Shown piece by piece: positions 10,920-19,493 of a stretch of DNA of 64,000 nt. Every line of letters starts with the position of its first letter. The stretch's first letter is position 1. This DNA comes from Erysipelotrichaceae bacterium (GTDB lineage Bacteria > Bacillota_I > Bacilli_A > Erysipelotrichales > Erysipelotrichaceae), in contig JAFRLB010000077.1 in assembly GCA_017431405.1 (NCBI GenBank), positions 21,515 to 85,514 of the forward strand. The letters are read 5' to 3'. The notes beneath the pieces are model-generated. The model searched no databases. It was given only the letters and a program-made list of their open reading frames with translations, and was not told the DNA's origin. The position numbers were made by a program, and so were the translations under genes.

Positions 10920-11016
10920 AATAAAACCCTCCCTTAAACGATACAAAAAGTACCATCGCATTTTTCAAAAGTCAAGTTGATGATACATTTTTTATATATT
11001 TATTTGTTATATAGAT

Positions 11017-11736
11017 TTACAAGTTCTGAACACTGCGCCAACTCTTTAAGCGCATGCCACTGTGAGTGCACAGGAATTCAACCAGAAGTGCGCTCAGCTG
11101 GTAGTCGTTGAGATTAAGACCATACAGCTTATCATAGACTTCAAAGCTGGCTTTATTGATTATTCTGAAACGCTTCAGCATTTCCACGTCAAGCGGTTTC
11201 TGATGCAGTGTCTTATTACAGTTATGGCAGATGAAGCCGCCATCGGCGATCGAAATCGTTTCGATATTAGTTGTTGACCCACAGCTGACACATTCATCAA
11301 CTACCGGGGTAATGCCCAGCATGTTTAAAACATATACCACAAATACGTTGAAGGCCGTAAACGGTTCCTTATCACTGTTAAGTTTTTCAAGAGTAAGCTG
11401 CAGGATATCAAACATACTGTCATCTTCCAGCTGACTGATGATTTCAACTACTACGGAAGCTAGAGACAATCTGTCATAATCCGTTCTGATGCCCATGTAT
11501 TCTTTTTTTAAATTAGCACTCTTCAATAACTGAACATCCTTATTAGGATTATAGTCAAGCAGGAAATCACTGTAATCAAACATCTGACAGGCATAGGCGT
11601 TCTTACTGGACATCTTTCTTAAGGCCTTGCCATATAAGGAAAGTTTGCCATAGTCAGCCGTATAGACGGTTATTATGGCATCTGTTTCCTTTACTTCTGT
11701 TTCCCTGATTACGATTCCTGCTATTGTGTCGTTCAT
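11017..11736 (-). CDS. recO: DNA repair protein RecO
   Basis: 239 aa with a C-terminal zinc motif CVSCGS...CHNC. Conserved era-recO-glyQS order. Confidence 0.9.
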   Translation of the reverse strand: MNDTIAGIVIRETEVKETDAIITVYTADYGKLSLYGKALRKMSSKNAYACQMFDYSDFLLDYNPNKDVQLLKSANLKKEYMGIRTDYDRLSLASVVVEIISQLEDDSMFDILQLTLEKLNSDKEPFTAFNVFVVYVLNMLGITPVVDECVSCGSTTNIETISIADGGFICHNCNKTLHQKPLDVEMLKRFRIINKASFEVYDKLYGLNLNDYQLSALLVEFLCTHSGMRLKSWRSVQNL

Positions 11737-12620
11737 TCCTTATCCAAGTATCCTAACTCTTTTAACTGTGACTGCTTGTTACGCCAGTTTTCCTCTACTC
11801 TGACAAACATTTCCAGATATACCTTTGAGCCAAGTCTTTCTTCCAGTTCCTGACGGGCAAAGGTAGCTATCTTCTTTAACATCATGCCCTGCTTACCAAT
11901 TATGATGGCCTTCTGTGACTGTTTTTCAGCGACAATGACGGCTCTGATGTAAGTAACATTTGGCTTTCTGGTTACTTCTTCGATCTGTACGGCAATGGAA
12001 TGAGGAACTTCCTCTTCCGTATTCATTAAGATCTTTTCTCTGATTATTTCACCCATCATGAAGCTTTCCGGGTAATCGCTGATCATGTCACTAGGATAAT
12101 ACTGGACATCATCAGGCAGGTATTTCTTAATTGTTTCTACCAGTTCCTGGATGTTCTTACTCTTTAAGGCTGATAACGGAATGATCTCATCAAAGGCATC
12201 CTGATCAACCTTATTCAGATATTCTATGAGTTCCTGCTTGTTTAGTTTATCAACCTTGTTGATGATCAGGAACTTTGGCTTGTTTACTTTTTTAATGCTT
12301 TCAACAATGATGTCATCGCCCTTATTCCATGGCTTACTGGCATCTACCAGTAACAGAATAACATCAACATCCCCTACGGCATCATATGCTCTCTGCACCA
12401 TGGAGGCAGATAATTTCTGTTTGCTCTTATGGATGCCTGGAGTATCAATGAAAATGATCTGGCTGTCTTCCAAAGTCAGAATGCCACGGATGTTGTCTCT
12501 GGTAGTCTGTGGCTTTGGGGTGGCAATGGCTACCTTATGAGCCAGTACACTGTTTAATAATGTGCTCTTTCCGACATTTGGCTTGCCGATGAGCGCTACA
12601 AATCCTGCCTTAAATGCCAT
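11733..12620 (-). CDS. era: GTPase Era
   Basis: Start trimmed to MAFKAGFVALIGKPNVGKSTL. Has DTPG and NKVD G-motifs and a KH domain tail. Confidence 0.95.
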   Translation of the reverse strand: MAFKAGFVALIGKPNVGKSTLLNSVLAHKVAIATPKPQTTRDNIRGILTLEDSQIIFIDTPGIHKSKQKLSASMVQRAYDAVGDVDVILLLVDASKPWNKGDDIIVESIKKVNKPKFLIINKVDKLNKQELIEYLNKVDQDAFDEIIPLSALKSKNIQELVETIKKYLPDDVQYYPSDMISDYPESFMMGEIIREKILMNTEEEVPHSIAVQIEEVTRKPNVTYIRAVIVAEKQSQKAIIIGKQGMMLKKIATFARQELEERLGSKVYLEMFVRVEENWRNKQSQLKELGYLDKE

Positions 12621-13017
12621 CTTCCAAATCCTCTGGACCAAAGATTGCCGGCATCAAATCTCTTACCAGGATCTTATCTTCCTTATCCTTTGTTGCCAAA
12701 AGGATTGGAGTATCCAGATCCAGTAATTCCGTTAATACCTGACGGCAGATGCCGCAAGGCCAGGCAATGCGGTGACCATCTGATACGATTGCCAGTTTTT
12801 CTATGTCTCCCTTACGGTAACCGTTTGAATAAGCTGCGAATACGGCGCTTCTTTCACCGCAGTTAGTTGCACCATAAGATGCGTTTTCTATATTTGCACC
12901 ATAAAAGTACTTTCCATCCTTGCATAATACGCATGCACCCACATGGAAATTGGAATATGGGGCATATGAGTTCTTCATTGCCTCAAAGGCAAGGTTCAAT
13001 AATTCTCTGTCTTCCAT
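12610..13017 (-). CDS. cdd: Cytidine deaminase
   Basis: 135 aa. Zinc ligand motifs CGERSA and PCGICRQ. Confidence 0.9.
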   Translation of the reverse strand: MEDRELLNLAFEAMKNSYAPYSNFHVGACVLCKDGKYFYGANIENASYGATNCGERSAVFAAYSNGYRKGDIEKLAIVSDGHRIAWPCGICRQVLTELLDLDTPILLATKDKEDKILVRDLMPAIFGPEDLEDGI

Positions 13018-13028
13018 AAAACCTCCAA

Positions 13029-13379
13029 CTAGAACGGCAAGTGCCTGATCACAAAGGCAATGCCAACGATGGCCGCAAAGATGCTGGCGACTAAGACGCC
13101 GGCAGCAGCCATGTCCTTAATATGCTTAACCGATTTTGATATTTCCGGCTCTTCCAGATTCATGATCCTTTCAACGGTGGAATTGGTGAATTCCAGGCCA
13201 ATAATCAGAGCACAGAAAAGTAAGACAATGGCAATTTCATCCATTGTAAAATGCATTACTAATGATACGGTAATGGCAACAGCGGCACAGAAAAACTGAA
13301 TGCGAATACTGCTGTCATACTTAATACCATGTATCAGCCCCTGAAAGGCATATCTGAATTTGTTGATTATCTTTTTCAA
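13029..13379 (-). CDS. dgkA: Diacylglycerol/undecaprenol kinase
   Basis: 116 aa three-helix membrane protein in the conserved ybeY-dgkA-cdd position. Confidence 0.85.
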   Translation of the reverse strand: MKKIINKFRYAFQGLIHGIKYDSSIRIQFFCAAVAITVSLVMHFTMDEIAIVLLFCALIIGLEFTNSTVERIMNLEEPEISKSVKHIKDMAAAGVLVASIFAAIVGIAFVIRHLPF

Positions 13380-13380
13380 T

Positions 13381-13836
13381 TTAGTCGTCCTGCCCTACAA
13401 GTTTATCCAGAATCAGTTTCTGATATCTGATCATTTCCTGTTCTTCTTCCTTGGTTTGATGATCAAAGCCATTCAGATGAAGCAGGCCATGAGTAAACAG
13501 GAAACAGATTTCTCTTTTTTCGGAATGCTGATAATCTACAGCCTGTCTTCTGGCAGCGTCAATGTTAATGAAAATGTCACCTAACTCCTCAGGGATGTAA
13601 TCGATCTCATCCTTGTTATCAGCCAAGGCAAAGGAAATGACATCCGTTGGTCTGTCGATGTTACGGTAATCACGGTTGATCTGATGAATCTGCTCATCAT
13701 TAACAAAGATAACACTGACGGCTACCCTTTTCGGTAAATCAAGTACTTCTCTGGCGTTATTCAGTATTTCTCTGAAATATTCCTTGTACTTCAAATAACC
13801 ACGGTAGTCTGTCTGATTATATACATTCAATGCCAT
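13381..13836 (-). CDS. ybeY: rRNA maturation endoribonuclease YbeY
   Basis: 151 aa with the zinc motif HGLLHLNGFDH. Confidence 0.9.
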   Translation of the reverse strand: MALNVYNQTDYRGYLKYKEYFREILNNAREVLDLPKRVAVSVIFVNDEQIHQINRDYRNIDRPTDVISFALADNKDEIDYIPEELGDIFINIDAARRQAVDYQHSEKREICFLFTHGLLHLNGFDHQTKEEEQEMIRYQKLILDKLVGQDD

Positions 13837-13849
13837 ATTAAAAACCTCT

Positions 13850-14221
13850 TCATTCGGCTTTATTATAACATATGGTCAGATAATATTGGCACCAAAACGA
13901 TTTAAACAGCTTTCGGTAAATCTTCAAATCACCAATGTTTGGATCATACATGTAACAATACTTATCATCAAATTTCATGATCAGATAGTAGTGCTTCTTT
14001 TTACTGTCAAACATCAAATACGGAGTTTCGTAATAAGGTAATTCACTGCGATAGGCTTTTACTTCATAGCCGTACTCATTCATGACTTCCATCATGTTTA
14101 GGAATGACAATCCTTCTTCATTAACCCTGTATTCAAGTTTTCTGATAAGCTTTTCATCCACCTTGCCAGTAAATGATAATAACTTTCTTATACAGGATAC
14201 TCCACAATTATCCTTTATCAT
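13850..14221 (-). CDS. Stand-alone C39-like cysteine peptidase domain protein
   Basis: 123 aa. Candidate triad is NCGVSC (Cys), KKKHYYLIMKF (His) and YMYDPNIG (Asp), as in bacteriocin-processing C39 domains. Start overlaps the PIN gene stop by 14 nt. Confidence 0.5.
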   Translation of the reverse strand: MIKDNCGVSCIRKLLSFTGKVDEKLIRKLEYRVNEEGLSFLNMMEVMNEYGYEVKAYRSELPYYETPYLMFDSKKKHYYLIMKFDDKYCYMYDPNIGDLKIYRKLFKSFWCQYYLTICYNKAE

Positions 14222-14624
14222 ATAGCTTTTTTATTAACTCGACAGGTGTGATAAATAATATCTCATTTTTGAAATCTTTTGGATTCCTTGTCACGATATA
14301 GTCAACCTCAAGACTTTCAGCAACGGCAGTTTGAACAGCATCTTCATAATCACTGTAATCATAGTTGCACGCTTTTCTTAAATCTTCTCCATTTATATCA
14401 ACCACATGAACTATCAGACTTAAGTAATCATATATGATGCTTATCTGTTGGCTGTTAAGTTCCTTGCGCAAAACATAAGTACAGTCCAAAAATGACTGAA
14501 CAGTCATTGATCCTTCAATCGTACCGATTTCACACGCCTTTAGAACCTGCGATGAGGCTTGCCAAAACCCGTCTCTTTTCATGAGGACATCCAGAATAAC
14601 GTTCGTATCAATAAGACATTTCAT
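14208..14624 (-). CDS. PIN-domain (VapC-like) toxin
   Basis: Start trimmed to MKCLIDTNVILDVL. Acidic PIN residues are present (DTN..., DYEDAVQ, IVTRNPKDF). Overlaps the antitoxin stop by 17 nt. Confidence 0.8.
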   Translation of the reverse strand: MKCLIDTNVILDVLMKRDGFWQASSQVLKACEIGTIEGSMTVQSFLDCTYVLRKELNSQQISIIYDYLSLIVHVVDINGEDLRKACNYDYSDYEDAVQTAVAESLEVDYIVTRNPKDFKNEILFITPVELIKKLYDKG

Positions 14625-14850
14625 ATTTCTTAGACAATTCCTCATCCTTGAGAGATTTCAAGTCGTATTCATTTTCAATTACGCCTGTGAGCGCATCAGT
14701 AAGAAAGGACACTGCCACATCCTTGGGTATGAACCTTCCTATTTCTTTACCATTCTTTGTCACTATGACTTCATAACCGTTAACTATCATATCCATGTAT
14801 TTCCCAAAATTATTTTTTATCTCCGTTGCACTTACAATCGCTTTTACCAT
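14608..14850 (-). CDS. Phd/YefM-like antitoxin
   Basis: 80 aa, MVKAIVSATEIKNNFGKYMDMIVNGYEVIVTKNGKEIGRFIP. Immediately upstream of the PIN gene. Confidence 0.65.
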   Translation of the reverse strand: MVKAIVSATEIKNNFGKYMDMIVNGYEVIVTKNGKEIGRFIPKDVAVSFLTDALTGVIENEYDLKSLKDEELSKKYEMSY

Positions 14851-14920
14851 AATAGCCTCCTAATATTAGCTAATTTTATTATATTTATTTTAGCTAATTT
14901 GTACAACAGAGTCCTTTCCT

Positions 14921-14995
14921 CCTATACACCTTTATTATTGACTTTTGAAGATTCCTAAAAAAAGAATCCCGAAGGATTCTAATTAACACTGTCAG
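14921..14995. repeat. Direct repeat copy A (duplicate of the lpdA 3' end plus terminator)
   Basis: Aligns without gaps to 15691..15765 at an offset of 770 bp. 60 of 75 positions are identical by hand count, and 40 of 45 in the core. Confidence 0.8.
14957..14980 (-). terminator. Intrinsic terminator after relE/parE
   Basis: Minus strand AGAATCC-TTCG-GGATTCT followed by T7. Confidence 0.8.
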
Positions 14996-15022
14996 GAATA
15001 AGTTTAAAGGTGTCATGTTATT

Positions 15023-15337
15023 TTATCTCACAAGTTTAAAATAGTTTCTCCTGGTATCGACAATATGGTATAGTACCACTTCCTGATTAACATTGATCTT
15101 GTAAAACACCATGTGGTGCTTAGTTATTACCAAGGCTCTGAACCCCTGTTTACTTAAAGTTCTGTTTTTAGGAACTACTCCAGCTTCTGGGAAAGTCTTC
15201 AGCACCTCCATTGCTTCTTCAATTTTTGAAAGATAATTCAGTGCAATATCTTTACTATGCGATGAAGTAGCGATGTAGTAAATAATATTGAATAATTCCT
15301 CATCAAACTTATCTGTTCTTACTAATGTATAGCTCAT
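15023..15337 (-). CDS. RelE/ParE family type II toxin
   Basis: 104 aa with a typical ParE/RelE layout (..TFPEAGVVPKN...FRALVITKHHMVFYKI..VVLYHIVDTRRNY). Abuts the antitoxin gene, sharing one base with its stop codon (15337). Confidence 0.75.
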   Translation of the reverse strand: MSYTLVRTDKFDEELFNIIYYIATSSHSKDIALNYLSKIEEAMEVLKTFPEAGVVPKNRTLSKQGFRALVITKHHMVFYKINVNQEVVLYHIVDTRRNYFKLVR

Positions 15338-15621
15338 CAGAACTCCATTGATTCAATTTTCTTACGGATACTGGTAAATGAATCAGAAAGTGGTGCCACT
15401 CTACCTTCCCTGACATCTTCTTCTGCGTCTGCCAGATTTCTCATCAGTTCAAGTTCATCCATTATTTCCCGATATTTTTCCAGATCCAGAATAACTGAAT
15501 CGCCTTTACCGTTTACTGTGAGTATGGTCGCAACATTCTTATCTCTGCATTCCTTTACAACTTCACTGTACTTATTTCTCAATTCTGAAGACGGTCTTAT
15601 GATCTCTGTCATTTTTCTCAC
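15337..15621 (-). CDS. Phd/YefM family antitoxin
   Basis: 94 aa, ...SELRNKYSEVVKECRDKNVATILTVNGKGDSVILDLEKYREIMDE. Confidence 0.75.
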   Translation of the reverse strand: MRKMTEIIRPSSELRNKYSEVVKECRDKNVATILTVNGKGDSVILDLEKYREIMDELELMRNLADAEEDVREGRVAPLSDSFTSIRKKIESMEF

Positions 15622-15690
15622 CTCTATATCAATATTTTATCACGATATTGATACCAAAGCAAAATAAATCTGTGCAATTGACCCTACCTC

Positions 15691-15765
15691 CCTATACATC
15701 TTTATGACCGTCATGAAAAAAATCCTAAAAAAAGAATCCCTGAGGATTCTAATTAACACAGTCGG
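15691..15765. repeat. Direct repeat copy B (authentic lpdA 3' end plus terminator)
   Basis: See copy A. Contains the last codons of lpdA (..DCVN stop) and its terminator. Confidence 0.8.
15727..15750 (-). terminator. Intrinsic terminator after lpdA
   Basis: Minus strand AGAATCC-TCAG-GGATTCT followed by T7. Confidence 0.8.
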
Positions 15766-17089
15766 CTACCATCTCTACAATTGTTGGATGTGGATGAACA
15801 ACTTCTCTTAATTCGCTGACTGTCATTTTTTTCTGTATTACTACTGCCAGTTCACCGATCAGATTGGTTGCGTCTTCACATATCAATTGTGCCCCAATGA
15901 TCTGTTCATTATCACCATTGATGATCAGCTTAAGGTAACCACTGTCAGCCTGTTCTATCAGGCACTTGCCATTGGCACCGGTCAAAGTCTTTTTGGTTAT
16001 GACATTTATTCCCTGCTCCTTAGCCTGACTTTCAGTTAAGCCTACTGAAGCCATTTCCGGATCAGTATAGACACATGCAGGAATCAAGCTGTCATCTACA
16101 CTCTTTTCATTACCTTGGATAACATCAATGACATTTCTGGCCTGGGCCATAGCAGTATGCGCAAGCTGAATGTTACCGCTGCGGCAGTCACCAATGGCAT
16201 AGATGCCCCTGATGTTTGTCTCGTAATTCTCGTCTGTAACAATGCCCCTGTTCATTGTAACTTCAATGCCTTTGAACAGTTCAGCCACATTGGCCTTTCT
16301 GCCTGTTGCACAAAGCACTGCGTTACTTAAGACAGTCTTTTCATTACCGCTCTTATCAAGATATGTTGTTAACTTGCCTTCAGCAGTATTTTCAATATTT
16401 TTAACCTGGGCTTTTGTGAAGATTTCAGCGCCTTTTTTCTTCAGATAGACACTGATTCGGGTTGCCAGTTCCCTATCCATGTTGGGAATTAACTGATCAG
16501 CCATTTCCAGAATGGTTACTTTCTTATTAAGGTTCAGATATACGCTGGCTATCTCCAGGCCAATGACCCCACCGCCGATGATTGTCAGGCTGTCTGCCAA
16601 TTCAACATCCCTTTCCAGAATGTCATCAGAAGTAATTGCCAGTTCAATGCCATCAATTGGCGGTATGGCGACTGTTGAGCCTGTACAGATGACAATGTTA
16701 CCGGCTTCATATTCTTCGCCATTACATTCGATCGTATTGTTTCCCATAATTACGGCCGAACCGTTTATCACGGTTATCTTCTTACTCTTAAGACCTTTTT
16801 CAATGCCGCTTCTTAAAGTATCAACAACGTTGTTCTTCCTGTTTAATACCGCACCATAGTCAAAACTCTTATCACTTACACTTATTCCTATTTCAGCCAG
16901 CTTATCCAGTTTTTCATAGGCTACGGCACTGTGTAACAAGCTCTTGGTTGGAATGCAGCCACGATTAAGACAGGTGCCGCCGATCTTATCCTTTTCAAAT
17001 AAAATCACACCCAAACCATTTTCAACGGCCTTGAAGGCAGCTCTATAGCCAGCCGGACCTCCTCCGATTATTGCCAGATCATATTTCAT
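15749..17089 (-). CDS. lpdA: Dihydrolipoyl dehydrogenase (L-protein)
   Basis: 446 aa. Has GGGPAGY and the redox disulfide motif GGTCLNRGCIPTK. Confidence 0.9.
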   Translation of the reverse strand: MKYDLAIIGGGPAGYRAAFKAVENGLGVILFEKDKIGGTCLNRGCIPTKSLLHSAVAYEKLDKLAEIGISVSDKSFDYGAVLNRKNNVVDTLRSGIEKGLKSKKITVINGSAVIMGNNTIECNGEEYEAGNIVICTGSTVAIPPIDGIELAITSDDILERDVELADSLTIIGGGVIGLEIASVYLNLNKKVTILEMADQLIPNMDRELATRISVYLKKKGAEIFTKAQVKNIENTAEGKLTTYLDKSGNEKTVLSNAVLCATGRKANVAELFKGIEVTMNRGIVTDENYETNIRGIYAIGDCRSGNIQLAHTAMAQARNVIDVIQGNEKSVDDSLIPACVYTDPEMASVGLTESQAKEQGINVITKKTLTGANGKCLIEQADSGYLKLIINGDNEQIIGAQLICEDATNLIGELAVVIQKKMTVSELREVVHPHPTIVEMVADCVN

Positions 17090-17093
17090 CTGC

Positions 17094-18062
17094 TTAACCT
17101 CCTAATAGAAGACTTATGACATCTCTTTCTTCGTCATTATCAGCTATTTCATATAATGTTGAATCAATTCTTCTGCCCTTAAGCTTTGAAGGCAGTTTTA
17201 TTAATTCATTTGTATTAAGACTGTCAGTATAAATGGCTGAATTACTTATCAAGCCAGCTTCTTCGCTGTACTTGACAGTTACCGTGCCCCAGGAAAAACG
17301 CTGTTCCTTTTCCTTATCAAAAGTTTCAGGCCTGTCATATTTCCACTGGCTGGAAGCGAACCTATCAGCCCTTCTTCTTATTTCATCCTTATCAAGATCT
17401 TCTTCACTTAATATGGTTGGATTTGAATTATAGGTTTCAATGAAGCTCATGATCAGTTCATTCTTCAATTCATTAACCGTAATTGAACTGTTCAGTTCAT
17501 TTAGATTTATTATCCTGCTTCTGACTGATTCAACCTTTTTACTTGCCAGTTTCTTCTTACTGACATTCAGATAATCAGTAAGACTGTTTTCATTGACAGA
17601 TACCATGATGGTGCCATGATGCAGACTGTTCTTATTTGTATGGTAATAGGCGTGGCCGGAAAACTTTCTGCCGTCAATCGTCAGATCATTACGCCCATTT
17701 ACTTCCGCCTTTATGTTTAATTTTTTTAAAGCATTAAGTATTACCTCATCCTGTTTTGCCAGATCAAAGTCAGCATCGGAAGTAATGAAGGTAAAATTCA
17801 GGTTACCTGTATCATGGTAAACGGCACCACCGCCTGAAAGTCTTCTGGCCAAATGACCGCCATCTTCTTCCAGTTTCTGAATGTTTACTTCATTGTAACT
17901 GCTCTGATTTCTGCCTATGACTACCGTTCTTTCATTCTGCCACAGATACATGGTCATACTATTAACAGGAAGAGTATCCAAAAGATACTCTTCCAAGGCA
18001 ATGTTATGATATGGATCAAATGAATCAGTTTCGATGTAGAAAAGTTTACTGATCATTTTCAA
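17094..18062 (-). CDS. lplA: Lipoate-protein ligase A
   Basis: 322 aa, RRLSGGGAVYHDTGNLNF motif. Overlaps the gcvPB stop. Confidence 0.85.
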   Translation of the reverse strand: MKMISKLFYIETDSFDPYHNIALEEYLLDTLPVNSMTMYLWQNERTVVIGRNQSSYNEVNIQKLEEDGGHLARRLSGGGAVYHDTGNLNFTFITSDADFDLAKQDEVILNALKKLNIKAEVNGRNDLTIDGRKFSGHAYYHTNKNSLHHGTIMVSVNENSLTDYLNVSKKKLASKKVESVRSRIINLNELNSSITVNELKNELIMSFIETYNSNPTILSEEDLDKDEIRRRADRFASSQWKYDRPETFDKEKEQRFSWGTVTVKYSEEAGLISNSAIYTDSLNTNELIKLPSKLKGRRIDSTLYEIADNDEERDVISLLLGG

Positions 18063-19491
18063 ACTCGTAACGTAAGATTGGCTTACGGGCAGCTTCTACC
18101 TCATCCGGTCTTCTGATCAGACAGTTATGAGGAGCTTCGTGCAGATACTCAGGATCTTCATGAGCCATCCTGGCTATTTCAATGAATATTTCAGCGGCTT
18201 CATCCAGAGTTTCCTTACTTTCGGTTTCCGTTGGCTCCAGCATTAATGCTTCATGAACGATTAATGGGAAGTACATTGTCGGAGGATGAATACCGAAGTC
18301 AAGAGACTGCTTGGCAACATCCATGGCACTTACACCTGTTTCGTGTTTCATCTTATCAAGAGACAAGACGAATTCATGCATGCAGATCTGATCATAGGCT
18401 ACATCATAGTAACCCTTTAACTTGTTCATTAAGTAGTTGGCATTTAATACCGCATTACAGCTGGCTTCCTTAATGCCTTCCTTACCTAATGACTTGATAT
18501 AGGTCAAAGCCTTAACGACAACCAGGAAGTTACCGTAGAAGCTTCTTACCTTACCCATTGAATTCTCGGCAACATCGAGATAATAGTTACCGTCCATGTT
18601 TTTACTTACCGTATATTTTGGTAAGAACTGCTTTAAGAATTCCTTACAGCCTACCGGGCCTGAACCAGGACCGCCACCGCCATGCGGTGTGCCAAAGGTC
18701 TTATGCAGATTCAGATGGATACAGTCAAAGCCCATGTCACCAGGTCTGACAGTTCCCATGATCGCATTCATGTTGGCACCATCGTAGTAACATAAGCCAC
18801 CGGCTTCATGTACTATTCTGGTTATTTCAAGGATATTAGGATCAAATAAACCTAAGGTGTTTGGGTTTGTCAACATTAACCCTGCTGTATCTTCGCCAAC
18901 CGCATTTCTCAAGGCTTCCAGATCAACGCCACCGTTTTCATTTGAAGGTACGTTAATTACCTTAAAGCCGGCCATTGTGGCACTGGCTGGGTTTGTACCA
19001 TGAGCTGAATCCGGCACGATGATGTTGACTCTCTTTGTGTCGTTACGGCTCTGATGATACTTTCTGATCAACAGTAAACCGGTATATTCGCCATGAGCAC
19101 CAGCCGCCGGCTGGAATGTCATGTCATCCATGCCTGTTATTTCACATAACAGTTCCTTAGCTTCATAGATTACCTGCAAGGCACCCTGTAAAGTTGACTG
19201 TGGCTGTAAAGGGTGAATGGCAGTAAAGCCTTCAAGTGCTGCAGCCTCTTCATCAATTCTAGGGTTGTACTTCATGGTACAGCTGCCTAACGGGTAGAAG
19301 CCGTCATTTACACCATGAGCCTGCTTGGCAAGCCTGGTATAATGTCTTGATAAATCTACTTCACTTATCTGCGGTAAACGCAGTTCTTCTTTTCTTAATA
19401 ATGATTCATCAAATGAATACTCAGGTACATCACATGGCGGTATCAGATTCATTCTTCTGTTTTCCTTACTTAATTCAAATAACAGTTTCAT
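18046..19491 (-). CDS. gcvPB: Glycine dehydrogenase (decarboxylating) subunit 2
   Basis: 481 aa. PLP lysine region is HLNLHKTFGTPHGGGGPG. Confidence 0.95.
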   Translation of the reverse strand: MKLLFELSKENRRMNLIPPCDVPEYSFDESLLRKEELRLPQISEVDLSRHYTRLAKQAHGVNDGFYPLGSCTMKYNPRIDEEAAALEGFTAIHPLQPQSTLQGALQVIYEAKELLCEITGMDDMTFQPAAGAHGEYTGLLLIRKYHQSRNDTKRVNIIVPDSAHGTNPASATMAGFKVINVPSNENGGVDLEALRNAVGEDTAGLMLTNPNTLGLFDPNILEITRIVHEAGGLCYYDGANMNAIMGTVRPGDMGFDCIHLNLHKTFGTPHGGGGPGSGPVGCKEFLKQFLPKYTVSKNMDGNYYLDVAENSMGKVRSFYGNFLVVVKALTYIKSLGKEGIKEASCNAVLNANYLMNKLKGYYDVAYDQICMHEFVLSLDKMKHETGVSAMDVAKQSLDFGIHPPTMYFPLIVHEALMLEPTETESKETLDEAAEIFIEIARMAHEDPEYLHEAPHNCLIRRPDEVEAARKPILRYEFENDQ

Positions 19492-19493
19492 GA

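Noticed and set aside
9528-10961. Long N-terminal extensions in several track ORFs (glyQS 10961, lactonase 2388, zinc-ribbon gene 6274, activase 55134, HAD 56065, era 12641, PIN 14645, hipA-like 24400, mtaB 30767, scpA 33491, phosphatase 60540).
   Set aside because: Internal ATGs with proper Shine-Dalgarno spacing and family-typical N-termini fit better. The upstream extensions overlap terminators or neighbouring genes.
10920-11016. Looked for a T-box leader upstream of glyQS, the archetypal T-box gene in Bacillus.
   Set aside because: Only about 97 nt separate the recO stop from the glyQS start. That is too short for a T-box, and no specifier or T-box sequence is seen. The absence is noted but not treated as a feature.
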